From Eledone cirrhosa (lineage: Eukaryota), in the NCBI GenBank assembly GCA_964016885.1, contig OZ024743.1, positions 162,130,001 to 162,194,000 of the forward strand: a stretch of DNA of 64,000 nucleotides. Reading direction: 5' to 3'. The notes below the pieces were generated by a model that saw nothing but the letters and a program-made list of their open reading frames with translations, had not been told where the DNA came from and ran no database searches. Below are positions 58,048-64,000 of the stretch, one piece after another (the stretch's first letter is position 1; the number at the start of each line of letters is the position of its first letter). Made by a program: the position numbers and the translations under genes.

Positions 58048-59989
58048 GAAGAAGAAGAAGAAGAAGAAGAAGAAGAAGAAGAAGAAGAAGGTATCCCATG
58101 TTAATTTCCTAAGTGTTAGTGTTATAGAAACAAGTGTTATTATTGTTCTTGTCATCATTGATTGTTTAAGTAAACGGATGTCAGCTCCATGAAAATGGAA
58201 TTATAAATCGGACAACCTGTTGGAAAAGGTTTTATTTCTTAGTTTTACTAATAGAAAAGTTTCAGTTTCCTTGCTCGTTCATCCAACTTCCTAGTGTAGT
58301 AAGTTTTTTCGCAGCCATTCGCAATATTTACAAACATTACATGACGGCTATATCAGAATTAGCAAGAAGAGATGCTCACCACACGTGACATAATAGTAGA
58401 ATCAATAATATAAACTCTCCACCAAAACTATTTTCAAATGAAACAACTTGCTTTTTTAAAAGCTAAAAGGAAAAATATATCAAACACACAAGCAGGACTT
58501 CAAATTTAAATACTTGCAATTGTACATTGGCTGGCGTAAAAAATGCATGGCGTGTAGAGGTATAAATTTAAATTGAAAAACAAAACAGTACTAAAAGTAA
58601 CAACAACAATGACATTTCATCTTTTTCAAAATTGTGGGTCAAAAAGAATGATTCAACTAGAGAAAGTTGAAGGAAAACATATACCGAAACACACAACGGA
58701 TTTATCCAGGAAAGAGCAAGGAGGAAGGTGACATGTCTCTGTTTTTAGTGGCAGAATTCCATATGCTCTCAAAAGAGGAGTCAAAGAAACCCTATCACCA
58801 ATAGGCTTCATCGATCGGGACAGAATATATGAAATCGCGAGCCTGATAATTAAATGTAAGAATCATTCAGATGAGGATAAAGGTACAGCTGATAGTCTAC
58901 ACACTTGCCTATAAGCACTACGAGAATCATGGATAGATATAGTCGCACGGACGTTGACATGCGGTTTGTCGTCGCTTCTTTGCAACATTACTGCTATGTA
59001 GTTAGTGAAAAAAGGGTCACATGGGTGTCTGTAAGGACTGTCAGAGCTTGATGATCTCGATGACCACAATATTCCGGAGTAGCATCACAGTGGGGCAATT
59101 AAATGGGTAATATAGGATAAAAATCCAAGTTACTACACGTGTGATAATAAATGGTACAGAAAAATAAGGAGGAAAGCTCAAGAAAAAGAAGTGACCGTCA
59201 GAAGTAGACCCAGAAATAACAACAATAGAAAGCTCCTGAGATGATGACCATTGTAACTGCTATCACCTTTTCCAGCTTCGAAAATAACCAGAGCGGAAGG
59301 AATCGACTTATATTTAATGCCACTCAAACCTAAAACCGACGACGAGAAAGGGCATTGAAAAACAGAAGATTCACCTCATTCAGTACATGAACGGACAGAA
59401 GCTCAAATCAACACTTCCACCCATAGAGACTAAAGAAAGATTCATTGAATACAATAAAAAAGAAAGGAACAAAAAAGAAGAATGCCAGGCAAAAGGCAGA
59501 CAAGAAGCTGGATGTCCCTCACCAAGAAACACTTACTCCCATATTAAGGTGATCCGAAGTGGTTATTTACGTATGCTTTATGTATCTATCGGCCTTTCTG
59601 GAGAAGTACATAGCTTCTGAAAATATTCCAAATGGAATCAAAACCAGAATCAAAACTTGAGTCAGGCTATTCATCACTTTAAATCTACGAAAAACATGCA
59701 CAAAACATGTTTACATGTATAGATGTGTGTTTAAACACAGATTTCTCGTGGCATTGGTGACGATGCTCCATATTATTGACGAACGTTCCAATTCACGTTC
59801 CCTAAGTTTTGAGATGATTTGGGCTAAGGATATGGAGTGTTGAATATATTCAGGGTGGATCCCGCGTAAATCCTTTCAAAACTGTCAAAGATTGTTTTAG
59901 ATGCTCTATATATCATTTCTTTAGAAATGCAAGATCGTTTGAATGGATATCTAAGAGGAATTTTGTAATTACAAGTTGGCTGTTAGGGT

Positions 59990-60140
<151 letters not shown>

Positions 60141-60388
60141 GTAGGAGGTGAGTTTTATTGTAGTACAATAAAGCAATGCAGATATCGGATAAGAAGCACT
60201 CTACAGTTTGTAGGACTGGAGTATACATAATATATAAGATCAAAAGATGGTTAAAATAGTTCCATGTATTTTATTATGCGCATTTCAAAAACAAATATCA
60301 TCATGCAATAATATTATTGCATGATGATATTTGTTTTTGAAATGCGCGTAATAAAATACATGGAACTATTTTAACCATCTTTTGATCT

Positions 60389-60398
<10 letters not shown>
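60141..60398. mobile_element. Fold-back mini-element folded inside HHR stem II
   Basis: Same family as 54678-55102 in the opposite orientation. Centre 60312/60313. Same short and long ends. Confidence 0.88.
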
Positions 60399-60421
<23 letters not shown>

Positions 60422-60614
60422 AGAATTTAGCTTCGAATTTATAATATATATATATATAGATATGAAAATTTAGCTGTATACAAATATGTATGTGAATTTC
60501 ATATCTAAAGAAATACGGTATGTTTATAAATAAACATTCTGAAAGCCATAGCTGTAAATATAACCTTGACGGTCAGCGCCGCCGAGCCGTTTCTGGCAGA
60601 AACAAGGGGGACAA

Positions 60615-60656
60615 CCGTCTATGCATTTCGAACTTAAATGGTACTCGTCAGGACAA
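60615..60656 (-). ncRNA. Minimal type I hammerhead, intact core
   Basis: TTGTC CTGACGA GTAC-CATTTAA-GTTC GAAA TGCA TA GACGG. Confidence 0.82.
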
Positions 60657-61845
60657 TGTTTCCCTTTTGCTACTACCAGACTTTGAAACGGGGGAAAATA
60701 AATGTTTTTTTTTCGTCTGTATAAATGAGGTGATTAATCTCATTTGCATATGAAGCTGTATAAGTTGGCTCAATTTAAAATAGAATGACCATGGTTTTTG
60801 CACATAGAAAGTTCCCTTCAGTGGCACAAGCCAGGCCAAGGTGTTTTATTGAAGACCAACAGTCACCTATGTATATTAGTCTCCGACGATGTTGGCACCA
60901 GTAACGTATGTATATGTGTGTGTGTGTGTGTAGATTTGTGTATATTTATGTGCGTATGTATATAATTCTTTCTTTATGACACGAACTCATATAGGTCTCA
61001 TACAGCTGAGTCACATAGTTCGCACCTCTCAACTATTTCTCTTTGAAATGTTGAGAATAAAAATAAATTGATAGAAGATTCTAGATGAATTTCCTCTTTT
61101 TCGCTATAAACTCGTCAAAATATTTGTATCTCCAATTAAATTGGTTATTCTCCCGTTCAATATTTCCAATATATTCACAATGTCACTCTAAAACCATATC
61201 AATCAAAACAGAAACATAACGAAATATGTAGATCAGCTGTAATTTGAAAAATCGGTACGTTTATAGGTTTTTCTCGTATAAAAAAATAATGATTGATGTC
61301 AAAACATGAAATGTTACTCACATCTGTCATGGCATATACAATCAAAATATAAAATGTAAAGTCTAATTACTACAAGTCTCCTGATCTTCTGAACCTTTCT
61401 GCCGTAAAAAGTGTCATTGAGGTTACAATGCTTCAGCAAAAGCTGCATAGTCGGTGTCAAATACACGGTGAAATATATAGTCTGAAAGCAGTATTAAATG
61501 GTGCTCACGAAGAACACAAAGAAAAAAATATGTATTTATTATAAATGTACTTAGCTTACTTGCAGTCAAACGTGTGTTCATTGAGTGGCTAAAACATTGA
61601 ATACAAAAGTAACTGCCCTCCTCCTATTTCAATATTTTCTATATTTCATCTACTTGTCACCCACCTAGTGGATTGTCTCTCTGTTAAGCACGGGCATATA
61701 GTCTCTGTCGTCAGGTATTTTGCCCATGGCTGTCTTTGACAGCATTTAGCTGTTTTAACGGTTGTTCTAGTGATGAGTTTTCTCATTTTTATGTGTATTC
61801 AATCCAATACACTCTCGCTTCGTCTCGATCAGAGACGACATTGTT

Positions 61846-61907
<62 letters not shown>

Positions 61908-61911
<4 letters not shown>

Positions 61912-62177
61912 ACTAGAGATTGATTAACATATAAATAAACATGAATAATCACAGGAGATAATTTTTACAAGTGTGTAACCACACATAGCTAGGTAGGTAA
62001 CTAAACTGTGATTATTCATGTTTATTTATATGTTAATCAATCTCTAGTTATTATAAAATGCTCGGACCTACTCGTTAGAATCTTAGAGCTTATTTTGCGG
62101 GTGATATGGCGCATGTCTTTCTGGCATGACACCCATAATTTTGATTTAGATTAAATTCATTTGATTTATCTTAATGT

Positions 62178-62180
<3 letters not shown>
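61908..62180. mobile_element. Fold-back mini-element
   Basis: Arms ~61908-61953 and ~62007-62053, tail with GCTC..GAGC, TA flanks. Confidence 0.75.
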
Positions 62181-62211
<31 letters not shown>

Positions 62212-62638
62212 TAAAAGGAAAAGAAAATGCTGACAAATTTTTCCCAGTGAAAAATAGTTTAATTAGGAATAAGTATAAATTAGTTTTAGTTTTAAGTTTT
62301 TACCGGTTGCGCATTTCTAATGCTTTTCAAAAATAATTTTGAGATAGAGCGCCCGTGATGTTTGCTCTAATCTGATCAGTTTGGGAAATTCTTCCTGTTT
62401 TATGTGAAAAAAGTGGCTCCAGAGGTTTTAAGATTTGGTTGGTTCTTGAATGTCACGTGAATGAGTACTATAAATTTCGCGCCAATTCGTGTTGCAGAAA
62501 TTCTTGTAGTCAAAACAATTTTGATTGGTCGGTAGAGGTCACGTGAATGTTAAAAATTGATTTTGCGCCAAATGTCGAAGAGTGTCCTTTTTCGCCTGAT
62601 TGAGAAGTCACTGAAAAATAAGTCTTTTAAAACAAATA

Positions 62639-62710
<72 letters not shown>

Positions 62711-62911
62711 AATTGGTGCTCTGTAATAGCGATATATATATGAATGTATATATAGTGTATTTTGCAATACACTGTATGCTTAATCAAAAAATGCGAAACA
62801 GAACTCTGTCAGCTTTATCTCCCCTGTTTGCTGAAAATTAAAGTAAGTGAGACTGTCACTACTCTAAAACAATAGCATAAGGTCTTCGAAATGCTTTTAA
62901 TTAAGCATACA

Positions 62912-62988
<77 letters not shown>

Positions 62989-62993
<5 letters not shown>

Positions 62994-63370
62994 AAGAGTG
63001 AAGAATAACATGGTTGGCTGTACAAAAAGGGTTTCATTTACAGTATTAACAATTGTTTCATTGATCAGGTGAGTCTAAAGGCCGCTAATCACTAGAAATT
63101 GCGTCACTCGATCTTAAATACAATGTGTGTCTCTGATCAAATCATCGGAATAATTTGACCAGAGACACACACTGTATTTAAGGTCGAATGACATAATTTC
63201 TAATGATTAACGGCCTTTAGACTTATTTGATCAATGAAACAATTGTTAACACTGTAAATAAAAGCCCTTTTGTAGAGCCGACCATGTTACTCTTCACTCT
63301 TTCACTATTATTACTCCAAGCATCACCTGCATGGGAATGTCATCTTACAGGTCGGAATGTCATCTTACGC
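62989..63370. mobile_element. Older fold-back mini-element with decayed HHR
   Basis: Diverged arms 62989-63143 and 63154-63308. CTAATGA or CTAGTGA..GAAA CAATTG TT in the two arms. Confidence 0.78.
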
Positions 63371-63563
63371 CCTCCCCTTTGTTCTACACGCCAGTTCAGC
63401 CCCCCCCCCCCCCGCCGCTATGAAGGCATTTAAGCATGTACATGACATCCCAAAACCACTGACCACTCCCCGAGACAGACAAGAAAAACAACAAATTTTT
63501 AGGATTGTTTGATTTGATACTTCTGTCTTTTTCGTTTTGACTGCATGCCCATACATGGACTGT

Positions 63564-63658
63564 ACCCCTTGATAAGTTCAGCTAGGTCCCTGCCGTCCTA
63601 ATACTGCTGGGTTAGTTCGTATCTAGCAGTCGAAACGGCCGGACTCAGCCGTCGGGGT
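63564..63658 (+). ncRNA. Type I hammerhead, U3-A8 core (element ~63440-63672)
   Basis: ACCCC TTGATAA G..GCTAGGT/ATCTAGC..C GAAA CGGC-CGGACTCA-GCCG TC GGGGT. Confidence 0.78.
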
Positions 63659-63670
63659 CCTGACTCTTTT

Positions 63671-63714
<44 letters not shown>

Positions 63715-63901
63715 CGTGTGTGTGTGTCCCAGGTTCATCGGGGGGTAACCACAGTAAGTAAGGTACTCAATATATTGGTAAAGTGTACACATCATGTTCA
63801 ATGTAGAAATTTCCTGATGGTTTTTTTTAATGAAATATTTCTAGTCCTCAAGAAGTCATTTCTATATTAAACATTATATATATATGTGTGTGTGAGAGAG
63901 A

Positions 63902-63992
<91 letters not shown>

Positions 63993-64000
63993 CATTAATT

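Noticed and set aside
58600-59660. Purine-rich stretch resembling a decayed retroelement ORF
   Set aside because: No diagnostic motif could be identified by eye.

Overview
This is AT-rich, microsatellite-saturated animal DNA. The SINE-like repeats suggest an octopus or other cephalopod (inference from recalled consensus sequences). Nearly all ORFs in the supplied track are (TA)n/(CA)n/(GA)n/(GAA)n artefacts. Real coding signal: one near-complete Penelope-like retroelement (PLE; RT plus C-terminal GIY-YIG, Neptune-like Cys linker) at 36098-40558 with inverted termini; four degraded PLE fragments; RTE, R4-like and CRE-like LINE relics; and one probable host exon for a small single-pass membrane protein (47966-48146, minus strand). 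tRNA-derived SINEs, Helitron-like elements and MITEs are also present. The main discovery is a swarm of about 20 short non-coding elements from at least 10 sequence families, nearly all inserted in (TA)n tracts. Most are asymmetric fold-backs (inverted arms plus a one-sided tail), and most carry a type I hammerhead ribozyme (HHR) with a palindromic stem III. Three families use a compensatory U3-A8 core, and some have a stem II over 100 nt. Many share an RCTC-hairpin-GAGY-RCT stem-loop just beyond the short end. I read this as a PLE-mobilised, (TA)n-targeting retrozyme-like system. All folds were done by eye, and none was computed or tested.
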